NCBI GenBank assembly: GCA_902801525.1
Contig: CADCIN010000005.1
Span: 1,132-65,131 of the forward strand
Source of the DNA: an uncultured Erysipelotrichaceae bacterium
GTDB lineage: Bacteria > Bacillota_I > Bacilli_A > RF39 > UBA660
Length of the DNA stretch: 64,000 nucleotides
Reading direction: 5' to 3'
A program made the translations under genes and the position numbers. Below, in pieces: positions 1 to 9,034 of the stretch. The notes below the pieces were generated by a model, which saw nothing but the letters and a program-made list of their open reading frames with translations, did not search any database and was not told where the DNA came from. Position 1 is the first letter of the stretch. Every line of letters starts with the position of its first letter.

Positions 1-122
1 ATCCAGATATTGAAAAAATTGTAAGTTTTTATCAGGATAGAGAAGCAATTAATCCACATATTGTCAATCCGGAATATTTAAAATTAACTGAAGCAGAGGA
101 AAAAAACAAAAAAAATGTTTAA
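1..122 (+). CDS. tsaB: 3' end of tRNA threonylcarbamoyladenosine biosynthesis protein TsaB (partial)
   Basis: Frame from nt 3 reads PDIEKIVSFYQDREAINPHIVNPEYLKLTEAEEKNKKNV*, resembling the TsaB C-terminal P.YL...AE motif; canonical position upstream of rimI-tsaD. Not in the ORF track. Confidence 0.8.
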   Translation, partial: PDIEKIVSFYQDREAINPHIVNPEYLKLTEAEEKNKKNV

Positions 123-516
123 TAAACTGAATGAAATAGATGAATTTCAAAGTACAATAATAAATAAAGAAGAAATTGATACTAATAAAAAGAACAATCC
201 TTTCTGTAATTATATTTTCTATACTAAAAACAATAAAATAATTGGTTTTATTTATTTTAGTGAAATATATGATAGAATCGAAATTGATGATGTCAAAGTA
301 GAAAAAGAACACAGAAATCAAAAGATAGCATCAAAAATGATGGAATTTTTAATTGAAGATTATGGCAATAAAGGTATGACATTAGAAGTGAGAAAAAATA
401 ATGAATACGCAATTAAGCTATATAAAAAATTTAATTTTAAAGAAGTTGCAATAAGAAAAGGTTATTACAATGGAATTGATGGAATATTAATGGAAAGAAA
501 AATAAAGACTCTATAA
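115..516 (+). CDS. rimI: RimI-like GNAT N-acetyltransferase
   Basis: GNAT motifs (V...HRNQKIA, TLEVRKNNEYAIKLYKKFNF...RKGYY); lies between tsaB and tsaD. Confidence 0.85.
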   Translation: MFNKLNEIDEFQSTIINKEEIDTNKKNNPFCNYIFYTKNNKIIGFIYFSEIYDRIEIDDVKVEKEHRNQKIASKMMEFLIEDYGNKGMTLEVRKNNEYAIKLYKKFNFKEVAIRKGYYNGIDGILMERKIKTL

Positions 517-571
517 ATAGATAAAAAGAGTCTTTTGTGTTATAATAAATGCAAATGAAGTGAGTGATAGT

Positions 572-1576
572 ATGAAAGATATTTATATATTAGGAATAGA
601 AAGTAGTTGTGATGAGACAAGTGCATCGATAGTTAAAAATGGATCTGAAGAAATTGTAACTATTATTTCTTCACAAATCGACATCCATAAAGATTATGGT
701 GGAGTTGTTCCTGAAATAGCAAGCAGACAGCATGTAAAAAATATTACATATGTTATAGAAGAATGTTTAGAAAAAGCAAAAATGAAAATGGAAGAAATTG
801 ACGCAATTGCAATTACATATGGACCAGGATTAATTGGATCATTATTAATAGGGTTAGAAGCTGCAAAAACTTTATCGTTTATATATAATAAACCATTAGT
901 TCCAGTTCATCATATTGCAGGGCATATATATGCAAACAGTCTAGTAAAGCCATTTAAATTTCCACTTTTAGCACTTGTAGTAAGTGGTGGACATACTGAA
1001 ATTATTGAAATGAAAAAACATTATAGTTTTGAAAAACTGGGTGGAACTCTAGATGATGCAATTGGAGAATGTTATGATAAAGTAGCAAGAGTAATTGGTC
1101 TAGAATATCCAGGTGGACCTAAAATAGATAAATTAGCCCAAATTGGAAAACAAACTTACAAGTTACCAATTCCATTAAATGATAATAGTTATAATTTTTC
1201 ATTTAGTGGATTAAAGAGTGCAGTAATTAATCTTGCACATAACGAAAGACAAAAAAATAATGAAATTAGAGAAGCAGATTTAGCTGCATCATTCCAAAAT
1301 GTTGCCATAAGTTCAATAACAAAAAAATTGAGAAAAGCAATAATTGAAAAAAATATAAAATATTTAATTGTTGCTGGTGGAGTAGCTGCTAATTATGGAT
1401 TAAGAAACGAAATAGATAAATTAACAAAAGAATTAAATATTGAATATTCAATTCCACCAATGATTTTCTGTACTGATAATGCAGCAATGATTGCAGCAGC
1501 AGGATACTATGCCTATTTAGACGGAAGAAGAGCAGATTTATCACTTAACTCAAAATCAACTGACATACTAAATTAA
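572..1576 (+). CDS. tsaD: tRNA N6-threonylcarbamoyltransferase TsaD
   Basis: ILGIESSCDETS, HHIAGH, VSGGHT, DDAIGECYDKVAR, TDNAAMIA motifs. ATG at 572 preferred; the track starts at GTG 560. Confidence 0.97.
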   Translation: MKDIYILGIESSCDETSASIVKNGSEEIVTIISSQIDIHKDYGGVVPEIASRQHVKNITYVIEECLEKAKMKMEEIDAIAITYGPGLIGSLLIGLEAAKTLSFIYNKPLVPVHHIAGHIYANSLVKPFKFPLLALVVSGGHTEIIEMKKHYSFEKLGGTLDDAIGECYDKVARVIGLEYPGGPKIDKLAQIGKQTYKLPIPLNDNSYNFSFSGLKSAVINLAHNERQKNNEIREADLAASFQNVAISSITKKLRKAIIEKNIKYLIVAGGVAANYGLRNEIDKLTKELNIEYSIPPMIFCTDNAAMIAAAGYYAYLDGRRADLSLNSKSTDILN

Positions 1577-1602
1577 AAATTATGCGAAAGGCATAATTTT
1601 TT
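1577..1602. terminator. Bidirectional intrinsic terminator between tsaD and sleC
   Basis: AAATTATGC-gaaag-GCATAATTT stem with A/T tracts between convergent genes. Confidence 0.8.
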
Positions 1603-2945
1603 TATCTTTTAGAAAGTTCAACAATTTTCTTCCATAGTAAAGGACCAACAATTCCATTAACATCAAAATTATAATCATTCTGCAGTTTTTTTATAGAGCT
1701 TTCAGTGAGTTCATCAAAAACACCATTTACTCTAACACCAGGAATTGATTTATCAAACCTACAAATTTTTAGTAAGAAACCCTGTAATCTTTTAATATCA
1801 TCACCACTCATACCATAAGTTAAAAAATAATCAGGATAAAGTTCTAATACAAATTCAGAATAAATACTTGGATAACTTTTTAATAATTTATCATATACAT
1901 CTCTTAAAACTTTCCAGTCAGAATAAGTAATAATTCCTGTAACAGGTAAATTATATTTTTTTTGAAAAGCCATTACCATAGTTTTAGTATTATCATTATA
2001 TACAGAATTTGTTTTTAAATTTGGAATATCAGAGTCAATAAAAGAAATAGTGTTTAAAAAGTAGTGAACGTACTCAACTTGAATACCGGTATCACCATAT
2101 TTGAGTTCATCTTTATAAAGAAAATCTACTTCTTGCGGTGTAAGTCCTTCTGAGTATAAGTCGAATAGTTTTTTAACACTTGTATATATATACTTAATTT
2201 TATACCATGTTGCTTTATCAACTTGACCAGTAATTGGTAATGAAAATATTTCTTGAAATTTTTTTACTGCTTCATCAGTTTTGGAATCATATAGTCCCAA
2301 GTTTCCAGGAATTTCTGGAATAGCAGGGTAATTTATTCTAATTCTATTTAAATCTCTTTGTATTTCCATTACTGGATTACCAGGACTACCAAGCTTTAAC
2401 GTGTATCCAGGGAAACCATATTGATTTTCACCAACAGGAGCATCTTTAAAGATAGATATATCATTCCCATAATAATATTTTAATATTTCTATCGGAGTTT
2501 TATTATTATTTGCTAGATCAACGCTTCCCCATTGAGAAAGACCATTACAAGTTTTTTTTCTACCATCACAATAACTTGTAAAATATGGCTGAATTTGATT
2601 TGATTTAACAACATAATCATTAAATAATTCTTGAACAATATTATTAATATTTTCATAAATAGCTCTATCCTTGATATATGTTTGATCGTATACGGGTGAA
2701 CTGGTAATATCAAAATTATATCCCTTACTTTTGTACCATTCGTTGTAAATTCTATTCATAGCAAATGATATTATTGCATAAATATTTGCCTTTAGAGAAT
2801 TAACCGGCCAAGTAGGATATAATTCGCTAGATGCAACATTACTTATATAATCTGAAAAATTAACACTAATATTTTCAGCAGCAGTATTTGGAGCACCTAA
2901 ATGTACTATTATTGAATTAGGTACTATTGGATATCTAATTGCCAT
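1602..2945 (-). CDS. sleC: SleC-type spore cortex-lytic enzyme (SpoIID-like catalytic domain plus peptidoglycan-binding repeats)
   Basis: IIVHLGAP, YISNVASSELYPTWP, FDITSS..YDQ, YCDG...CNGLSQWGS, then several PG_binding_1-like repeats (LKLGSPG..V..IQ..L, VKKFQ..F.LP.TG.VD..TW). ATG 2945 preferred. Confidence 0.8.
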   Translation of the reverse strand: MAIRYPIVPNSIIVHLGAPNTAAENISVNFSDYISNVASSELYPTWPVNSLKANIYAIISFAMNRIYNEWYKSKGYNFDITSSPVYDQTYIKDRAIYENINNIVQELFNDYVVKSNQIQPYFTSYCDGRKKTCNGLSQWGSVDLANNNKTPIEILKYYYGNDISIFKDAPVGENQYGFPGYTLKLGSPGNPVMEIQRDLNRIRINYPAIPEIPGNLGLYDSKTDEAVKKFQEIFSLPITGQVDKATWYKIKYIYTSVKKLFDLYSEGLTPQEVDFLYKDELKYGDTGIQVEYVHYFLNTISFIDSDIPNLKTNSVYNDNTKTMVMAFQKKYNLPVTGIITYSDWKVLRDVYDKLLKSYPSIYSEFVLELYPDYFLTYGMSGDDIKRLQGFLLKICRFDKSIPGVRVNGVFDELTESSIKKLQNDYNFDVNGIVGPLLWKKIVELSKR

Positions 2946-3357
2946 ACATGTCGAATCTCTCAATATTTATTTTTGGAATTATATTTATATACTGAATTAG
3001 ATCAGCACCACAGCATAATGAAATATTATACTTTTTTAAGAAATCATCTTTTTTATATTCAGCAATAATTTCATAAGTAGTAAAATTAGGAATTTCTAAA
3101 TTACTTATTATTCTTTTTGGAGTAGGTAATTTAATATTATTAATCATACCGCTTTTATCAGTATACCCTTCAAAAAATATGATATTATTATTACCAATTT
3201 TTTTTTCTACTATAATTTTAACATTTTCAACAGGAAGTGCTTCATTTATTGAATTAGCACGTATTTTTAAAGTCCCCATACCAGAATTATTAGATATAAA
3301 ATTATTAAACTCAACATCATTTTTAAGTTTATCTACATCAGTTATATTAATATTCAT
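2935..3357 (-). CDS. Protein resembling the SleC N-terminal pre-domain, encoded as a separate ORF
   Basis: GTLKI...LPVENVKIIV...TDKSGMINNIKLPTP pattern resembles the N-terminal prepeptide region of clostridial SleC; overlaps the sleC start by 11 nt. Confidence 0.55.
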   Translation of the reverse strand: MNINITDVDKLKNDVEFNNFISNNSGMGTLKIRANSINEALPVENVKIIVEKKIGNNNIIFFEGYTDKSGMINNIKLPTPKRIISNLEIPNFTTYEIIAEYKKDDFLKKYNISLCCGADLIQYINIIPKINIERFDMYGN

Positions 3358-3365
3358 AAAACCTC

Positions 3366-4025
3366 CTAAATATTTAATTTTTGCCCTATACTTAAATTTG
3401 AATCAGTTAAATTATTTTTATTAATTATACTGTTAACAGAAGTATTAAATTTATTTGCAACTGAGTATAAAGTATCACCTTTTTGAACAATATATGTTTT
3501 AGCAGATGTTGTATCCCCAAAACACTCTTCAAATTCCGTACCAGTATCAGGCAGTCTTATTTTTATATTTTGACCAATACTTAAATTCGTCGTATTAAAA
3601 TTATTATCATTCATTATTATACTGATTGAAGTATTATATTTATTAGCAATAGAATATAAATTATCACCTTTTTTTACAACATAATTGAAATAAGAAGGTA
3701 AACTTGATACAGTATTATTTGATTCAGGTACTAATAATATTTTACCGATACTTAGATTTGTAGATTTTAAATTATTTAATTTTATTATTTGATTAACACT
3801 AGTTTTATATCGAGTTGCAATATTATAAAGACTATCACCTTTTTTTACTACGTAAGAAAAACTATTATCAGGATTAGTTCCAGATACACTTGGAATTTTT
3901 AAAACTTGTCCAACATTAATACTTGTAGAATTTAAATTATTAAGCTTAATTAAATCATTTACAGATACACCATACTGATTACTAATACCATATAATGTAT
4001 CGCCAGGTTTAACAGTATAACTCAC
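3366..4025 (-). CDS. LysM-repeat protein (4 LysM domains), probably spore-associated
   Basis: Four Y.VK.GD.LY.IA repeats; no signal peptide or catalytic domain seen. Confidence 0.9.
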   Translation of the reverse strand: MSYTVKPGDTLYGISNQYGVSVNDLIKLNNLNSTSINVGQVLKIPSVSGTNPDNSFSYVVKKGDSLYNIATRYKTSVNQIIKLNNLKSTNLSIGKILLVPESNNTVSSLPSYFNYVVKKGDNLYSIANKYNTSISIIMNDNNFNTTNLSIGQNIKIRLPDTGTEFEECFGDTTSAKTYIVQKGDTLYSVANKFNTSVNSIINKNNLTDSNLSIGQKLNI

Positions 4026-4070
4026 TAAATCACCTCAATAAATTATATTGTATTAAATTAAAAATATTAT

Positions 4071-4871
4071 TCAAATTAAAGTCTGATGTAATTTTTTTTC
4101 GAACTTCTCAATTAAATAATAAAATATATAAGAAAATAATCCTAAAATAATAACACCAGTTAAAACTAAATCAATATTAAAAATTTGTGAACCATACATA
4201 ATTAAATAACCAATGCCATTTTTAGAAACTAGTAATTCACCCATAATAACACCAATGAAATTCATAGAAACATTTACCTTAAAAATACTTATTAAATTAG
4301 AAATATTAGATGGTAGAATGCATTTTTTAAACATCATCCACTTACTTGATTTAAATATTTTCATTAATAAAATATAATCTTTATTAACAGATATAAAAGA
4401 GTTATAAATATTTATAGTTGCAACAAAGAAACTAATTAAAATAGCCATAAAAATAATAGATGAAATACCAGAACCAACCCAAATAATAATTAAAGGACCT
4501 AGTGCAACCTTAGGTAATGAATTAAGTACTGCAATAAAAGGATCTAATATTTTTGAAAGAAGTTTAAAATTCCATAAAAAATAAGAAAAAACAATGGAAA
4601 GAAAAAAAGAAATAATACTACAAATAAATACTTCAAAAATTGTAATACTTATATTATAAATTAAATTGCCTTCAAAAAATAAATCAATAGTAGTATTTAA
4701 TAATTTTAAAGGAGAAGAGAAGAGAAAACTATTTATTATGTTAAATACAGAAAGTAATTGCCAGCTAATTAAGAAAACCAAAATAATTAAAAATCTAAAA
4801 AAAATAATTTTTCTTTTTTCTCGTTTTTTATTATTTAAATAATAGGTATGTTCACTACTATAGTTATTCAT
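4071..4871 (-). CDS. NitT/TauT-family ABC transporter permease
   Basis: Multiple TM segments, NSLPKVALGPLIIIW, VIMGELLVSKNGIGYLI motifs. Confidence 0.9.
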   Translation of the reverse strand: MNNYSSEHTYYLNNKKREKRKIIFFRFLIILVFLISWQLLSVFNIINSFLFSSPLKLLNTTIDLFFEGNLIYNISITIFEVFICSIISFFLSIVFSYFLWNFKLLSKILDPFIAVLNSLPKVALGPLIIIWVGSGISSIIFMAILISFFVATINIYNSFISVNKDYILLMKIFKSSKWMMFKKCILPSNISNLISIFKVNVSMNFIGVIMGELLVSKNGIGYLIMYGSQIFNIDLVLTGVIILGLFSYIFYYLIEKFEKKLHQTLI

Positions 4872-5031
4872 TTAAATCCCTCCAAATTAAATTGAAATAG
4901 TTATTAAATTCCTTGCTATTTCTATTTTCCATTGGAGTTTTTCTTTGTTCATAATTTATATTATAAATATTTTTTATGGAAGCTGGCCTTTTTGAAAAAA
5001 CAATGACTCTATCTGACATACTAATTGCTTC
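4864..5031 (-). pseudogene. 3' fragment of the interrupted ABC ATPase (EAISMSDRVIVFSKRP...WRDLNE*)
   Basis: Continues in frame from the 5' fragment at 11531-12105 once the element is removed (HDIG-E-AISMSDRVIV). The track ORF 4864..5103 has a spurious element-derived N-terminus. Confidence 0.92.
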
Positions 5032-5063
5032 GACTAGAAAAAAAATAAGCATGACTTTTAAAA
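5021..5063. other. attL junction (host B arm, TC core, element P' arm)
   Basis: Host frame ends at TC 5030-5031. The reconstituted attB has an imperfect inverted repeat ATTGCT-TC-ACCAAT (5/6). Confidence 0.85.
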
Positions 5064-5145
5064 CTATTGATATATAAGGAAAAAGTATAGAATTAAAATG
5101 CATATTTAATACTATTTTTAAGTCATAAAGAAGGGAGATGAAATT

Positions 5146-5976
5146 TTGTCAAAATGTGAAGTAATAGCAGTTGCAAATCAAAAGGGAGGAGTTGGTAAAA
5201 CAACAACAACTTTTACATTAGGAGTAGCTTTAGCAAAACTGGGTAAAAAGGTATTATTAATTGATGCAGATCCGCAAGGTGATTTAACTACATGTATGGG
5301 ATGGCATAATCCAGATGATATACCAGATACTCTAGCTAGCTTAATGGAAAGTTCAATACTTGGAAATGAAATTAATACTAAAGGAGTAATTCTACATCAT
5401 AATGAAAATGTAGATTTAATTCCATCTAACATAGAACTATCACCAATAGAAGTTAGTTTAGTAAAAGCTAACCATCGTGAAACAATAATGAAACAATGTC
5501 TGACAGATCTAAAAGAGAACTATGATTATATTTTGATTGATTGTATGCCTAGTTTAGGATTGATAACAGTTAATGCTTTAGCTAGTGCAGATAAAGTAAT
5601 AATACCAGTTCAATCTCAGTTTTTAGCAGCTAAGGGTATGAACCATTTAATGAGTTCTATATTAAAAATAAGAAAAGGAATAAACCCTAATCTTAAAATA
5701 GAAGGTATTCTATTTAATATAGTAGATGGTAGAACAAAACTAACAAAAGAAATTACTAAAGAACTAATTAATACATATGGAAAAGTATTTAAGGTGTTTA
5801 ATTCAGTAATACCTAAAACAACAAAGATAGCAGAAGCAAGTAAAGAAGGTAAAAGCATATTCTTACATGATAAAAGAAATAAAGGTGCATTAGCATATGA
5901 AAACCTAGCTAAGGAGGTAATAAACAATGGAAGAGAAAGAACAAAATCTTCTAAAGCCAACATTCAATCTAGATGA
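5146..5976 (+). CDS. parA: ParA/Soj-family ATPase (element-borne)
   Basis: Deviant Walker A NQKGGVGKTTT, IDADPQG, IDCMPSLG. Confidence 0.95.
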   Translation: MSKCEVIAVANQKGGVGKTTTTFTLGVALAKLGKKVLLIDADPQGDLTTCMGWHNPDDIPDTLASLMESSILGNEINTKGVILHHNENVDLIPSNIELSPIEVSLVKANHRETIMKQCLTDLKENYDYILIDCMPSLGLITVNALASADKVIIPVQSQFLAAKGMNHLMSSILKIRKGINPNLKIEGILFNIVDGRTKLTKEITKELINTYGKVFKVFNSVIPKTTKIAEASKEGKSIFLHDKRNKGALAYENLAKEVINNGRERTKSSKANIQSR

Positions 5977-6880
5977 CTTCTTTACTACTCAGGAACAAAG
6001 AGATGAAAAAACAAAAGAAAAGGTAGAAGAAATTGATATCTCATTGATAGATAACTTTCCGAAACATCCATTTAAAGTATTAGAAAATGAAGATTTAGAA
6101 AAACTAAAAAATAGTATAGTAGAACATGGAGTGTTAGAGCCTATATTAGTTAGGCCAAAAGAAAATGGAAGATTTGAAATAATATCAGGTCATAGAAGAA
6201 AAAGAGCAAGTGAGCTTTTAGGAATAAGTACTATAAAAAGTATAGTTAAAAATTTAGATGATGATACTGCAATAATAAATATGGTAGATAGTAATATTCA
6301 TAGAGAAAAGATATTACCAAGTGAAAAAGCATTTGCATATAAAATGAAATATGAAGCATTAAAACACCAAGGTAAAAAAAGTTATTTAACTTCTGGACCA
6401 TTGGACCAGAAGTTGAGTGCAGAACAAATAGGAACAGAACATGGTGAAAGTGAAAAAACAGTAAGAAGATATATAAGACTTACACATTTAATTCCAGAGT
6501 TATTAGAAATGGTAGATAATTCGGAGTTAGACAAAGTACCGACAATATCAAAAAGACCAGCAGCCGAATTGTCATACCTAAAAGAAAATGAACAGAAATG
6601 GTTACTAAATTCTATTGGATATAGTGACGCAACACCATCACTTGCACAAGCTATTAAATTAAAAAAACTAAGTCAGACAAATAAATTAACAGAGGATGTA
6701 ATGGACGATATTCTAAGTGAACAAAAAGCAAATCAAATTTATAAAGTCAGAATAAGTGAGGATAAGTTAAGAAACTATATTCCAAAAAATGTTAAAGTAG
6801 ACGACATGGAAGGATTTGTTCTTAAAGCAGTAGAATATTATTCAAAACATTTGAAATCTAGAGATAGGGATTCAAGATAA
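5927..6880 (+). CDS. parB: ParB/Spo0J-family partition protein (element-borne)
   Basis: GVLEPILVRP, IISGHRRKRA (ParB box), SNIHRE, HTH region ESEKTVRRYIRL; overlaps parA. Confidence 0.92.
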   Translation: MEEKEQNLLKPTFNLDDFFTTQEQRDEKTKEKVEEIDISLIDNFPKHPFKVLENEDLEKLKNSIVEHGVLEPILVRPKENGRFEIISGHRRKRASELLGISTIKSIVKNLDDDTAIINMVDSNIHREKILPSEKAFAYKMKYEALKHQGKKSYLTSGPLDQKLSAEQIGTEHGESEKTVRRYIRLTHLIPELLEMVDNSELDKVPTISKRPAAELSYLKENEQKWLLNSIGYSDATPSLAQAIKLKKLSQTNKLTEDVMDDILSEQKANQIYKVRISEDKLRNYIPKNVKVDDMEGFVLKAVEYYSKHLKSRDRDSR

Positions 6881-6906
6881 AATCCCTTCTTACAATTAAC
6901 CCTTAT

Positions 6907-6937
6907 TACTTACTGAAAATATAATACTTACTGAAAA
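6907..6937. repeat. 13-bp direct repeat TACTTACTGAAAA x2 downstream of parB
   Basis: Copies at 6907-6919 and 6925-6937 in an AT-rich intergenic region. Confidence 0.6.
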
Positions 6938-7023
6938 AAATATTAGTATATATAAATATATAAATTACACAAGTGACAAATACTAAAACATTAATATAAT
7001 TTCTAAATAAGAAAGGAGTCATT

Positions 7024-7227
7024 ATGAAAAAAATTAAATTAGTAAGTATTGCAGTATCAGTAGTAGCTTTAGCAGTAGATTTAGCATATTATAATTACTT
7101 GCCAAAAAATAATAATATGCAAGAAGAAAAAGTAGTAGAGAAAAACAAAATCACTAATAAACCAGAAGAAGAAATAAAGGAAACAAAAGAAAAAGAAATT
7201 CATATAAATTTGGAAAAGATAAAATAA
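7024..7227 (+). CDS. Small protein with an N-terminal hydrophobic segment (possibly frameshifted or truncated)
   Basis: RBS AGAAAGGAG; MKK plus hydrophobic stretch, then K/E-rich tail. An overlapping -1 frame stays open to 7433. Confidence 0.6.
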   Translation: MKKIKLVSIAVSVVALAVDLAYYNYLPKNNNMQEEKVVEKNKITNKPEEEIKETKEKEIHINLEKIK

Positions 7228-7531
7228 GTTATTATGCAGAAGCCGGTACTGACTTTTTTGCATCAAAAGATGTATATAATTATGATTATGATAGATTGAC
7301 GGTAAGTAAAATAATGATTGCATTAACAATATTAGCTCCAGAGGTTGTTGGAAGTTTAGGTCGAGTAAAGTTAATTAATATGGGAGACAAAGCAATTCCA
7401 GCAGTAATAAGATATGCCTCAGCGTTAGGATAACAATCTAAAATAATAGTAAATTATTTACAAATATTCCAGAAATGATTATAATAATGATAGATTACAA
7501 TTAATCTATCATTTTTTTAGGAGGATAATAT

Positions 7532-8215
7532 ATGGACTATTATTCAGGAAAAGAATTATTTATTATTTTTACGTATATTGTGATTTTTCCGATAATAATA
7601 TTTTTTCTAATAAGGACTATAAAAAGTAAGGATAATAGAAGTAAAAAAACAAATGCATTTATAACAGCAATATTTATTTTGATAGCTTTCGAAACACCGT
7701 GGGAAAAAATAATTGATAGTTCTTCTATTAAACTGGATACTATCGAAAAAGCTTTTAAGTTTAATTACGGCAATAAATACGATATAATATTTAAGGAAAA
7801 AGTAAATGATACTTATTTTGTTGTTGGAAAACCAAAAGACAAAAATAATATTTTTTTAGAGTACTCATGTTATAGAAAGACTAAAAACGGATGGAGAATA
7901 ATTAATAGACCTCATGATAATTCTAAAAATGAAATAGTTGATGGAATGTATCAAGTATTTTATTGTAATAATGAAAATATTTCAGGGATATTTATTGAAT
8001 CAGTTCCTATAAAATATAAATTTAAAAGCAACGAAAATATAACGGATAAATATGGAACAGAATTTAAATATATTAAGGATGTAAACAATAAGGCGATTTT
8101 AAACAGTACTACTAAGAGTTATATTTATTTTGCACCTATTAATCATAAAATTTCTAAATCATATTATATGAAAATAAATAAAGAAAAATTTGTTTTTAAA
8201 GACTATATAAAATAA
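7532..8215 (+). CDS. Hypothetical membrane protein (two N-terminal TM segments plus soluble domain), element cargo
   Basis: RBS AGGAGG, 227 aa, two hydrophobic segments; no family recognised. Confidence 0.75.
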   Translation: MDYYSGKELFIIFTYIVIFPIIIFFLIRTIKSKDNRSKKTNAFITAIFILIAFETPWEKIIDSSSIKLDTIEKAFKFNYGNKYDIIFKEKVNDTYFVVGKPKDKNNIFLEYSCYRKTKNGWRIINRPHDNSKNEIVDGMYQVFYCNNENISGIFIESVPIKYKFKSNENITDKYGTEFKYIKDVNNKAILNSTTKSYIYFAPINHKISKSYYMKINKEKFVFKDYIK

Positions 8216-8418
8216 AAATTTAGAAAAGCTAAAAATAGTAAAGAATGACATTTTTTATGATTAATTATCTTTAAAAGAAAAAACTATAGAAATGATGAAA
8301 AACTACTAATAGAAAAAAATGAAAATATATGTTATTATATAGCGCAATAAAATAGTGCTGACTGGGGGTTCAAGTATTTGTTTTATTGCATTTTTATTAT
8401 TATTTAAATTTATACATA

Positions 8419-8460
8419 AGCAAGTACGCTCATTTGATGGGTGTACTTGCTATTTTTTTT
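8419..8460 (+). terminator. Intrinsic terminator upstream of the element sigma factor
   Basis: AGCAAGTAC...GTACTTGCT stem followed by A and T8. Confidence 0.8.
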
Positions 8461-8535
8461 GGATTAAAAATTTATAGGTGTAGAAGTCCACCATCTCTTT
8501 TCAATTTTTGAAAAAAGTTGAAAGGAGATAAGAAA

Positions 8536-9006
8536 ATGGAGAAACTTCCCAAGAGAAGAAAGAAAAAAGATAACCCATATACATTACTAATAGAAAATAG
8601 TAATTACTATGTTTTATTCAAAGATGGTAGATTTATTTTACATAAAATAAAAATATCTAAAGAAATATTTGAAGCTTTTAATAGTTTTGAGCTTGATGAT
8701 AAAAAAATAATGAATGAATTTGACAGACACATTGAACATTATGAGCTTACTGAAGAAAGTATTTATAAAAATAGTAGTCAGAATGAATTAAATGTTGAAA
8801 AACAAGTTATAAAGAAGAGTGAATATGAAACATTAAAAAAGGCAATAAATGAATTACCAATAATACAAAGAGAAAGAGTAAAAAAATATTTCTTTGAAAA
8901 TAAAACATATGATGAAATAGCAAAAGAAGAGTGTGTAAATAAAAGCTCAATAAAAAGAGCAATTGATAATGGATTAGAAAACATATCAAAAAAATTACAA
9001 GATTGA
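8536..9006 (+). CDS. Sigma-70 region-4 family sigma factor/regulator of the type found on Firmicute conjugative elements
   Basis: KRRKKKDNPY N-terminus; C-terminal LKKAINELPIIQRERVKKYFFENKTYDEIAKEECVNKSSIKRAI helix-turn-helix; RBS AAAGGAGA before ATG 8536. Confidence 0.8.
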   Translation: MEKLPKRRKKKDNPYTLLIENSNYYVLFKDGRFILHKIKISKEIFEAFNSFELDDKKIMNEFDRHIEHYELTEESIYKNSSQNELNVEKQVIKKSEYETLKKAINELPIIQRERVKKYFFENKTYDEIAKEECVNKSSIKRAIDNGLENISKKLQD

Positions 9007-9034
9007 TGCAACTTTTTGCTTCTAAGTGAGGAAA

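Noticed and set aside
2949-2955. TGTCGAA 0A box at the sleC start
   Set aside because: Single copy inside overlapping coding sequence; a 7-mer can occur by chance.
4864-5103. Track ORF of 79 aa as an independent gene
   Set aside because: Chimera of element-end DNA and the ATPase 3' fragment.
8341-8390. Possible known riboswitch (GACTGG recalls the ZTP/pfl motif)
   Set aside because: No matching pseudoknot partner or P1 architecture seen; kept only as an unassigned hairpin.
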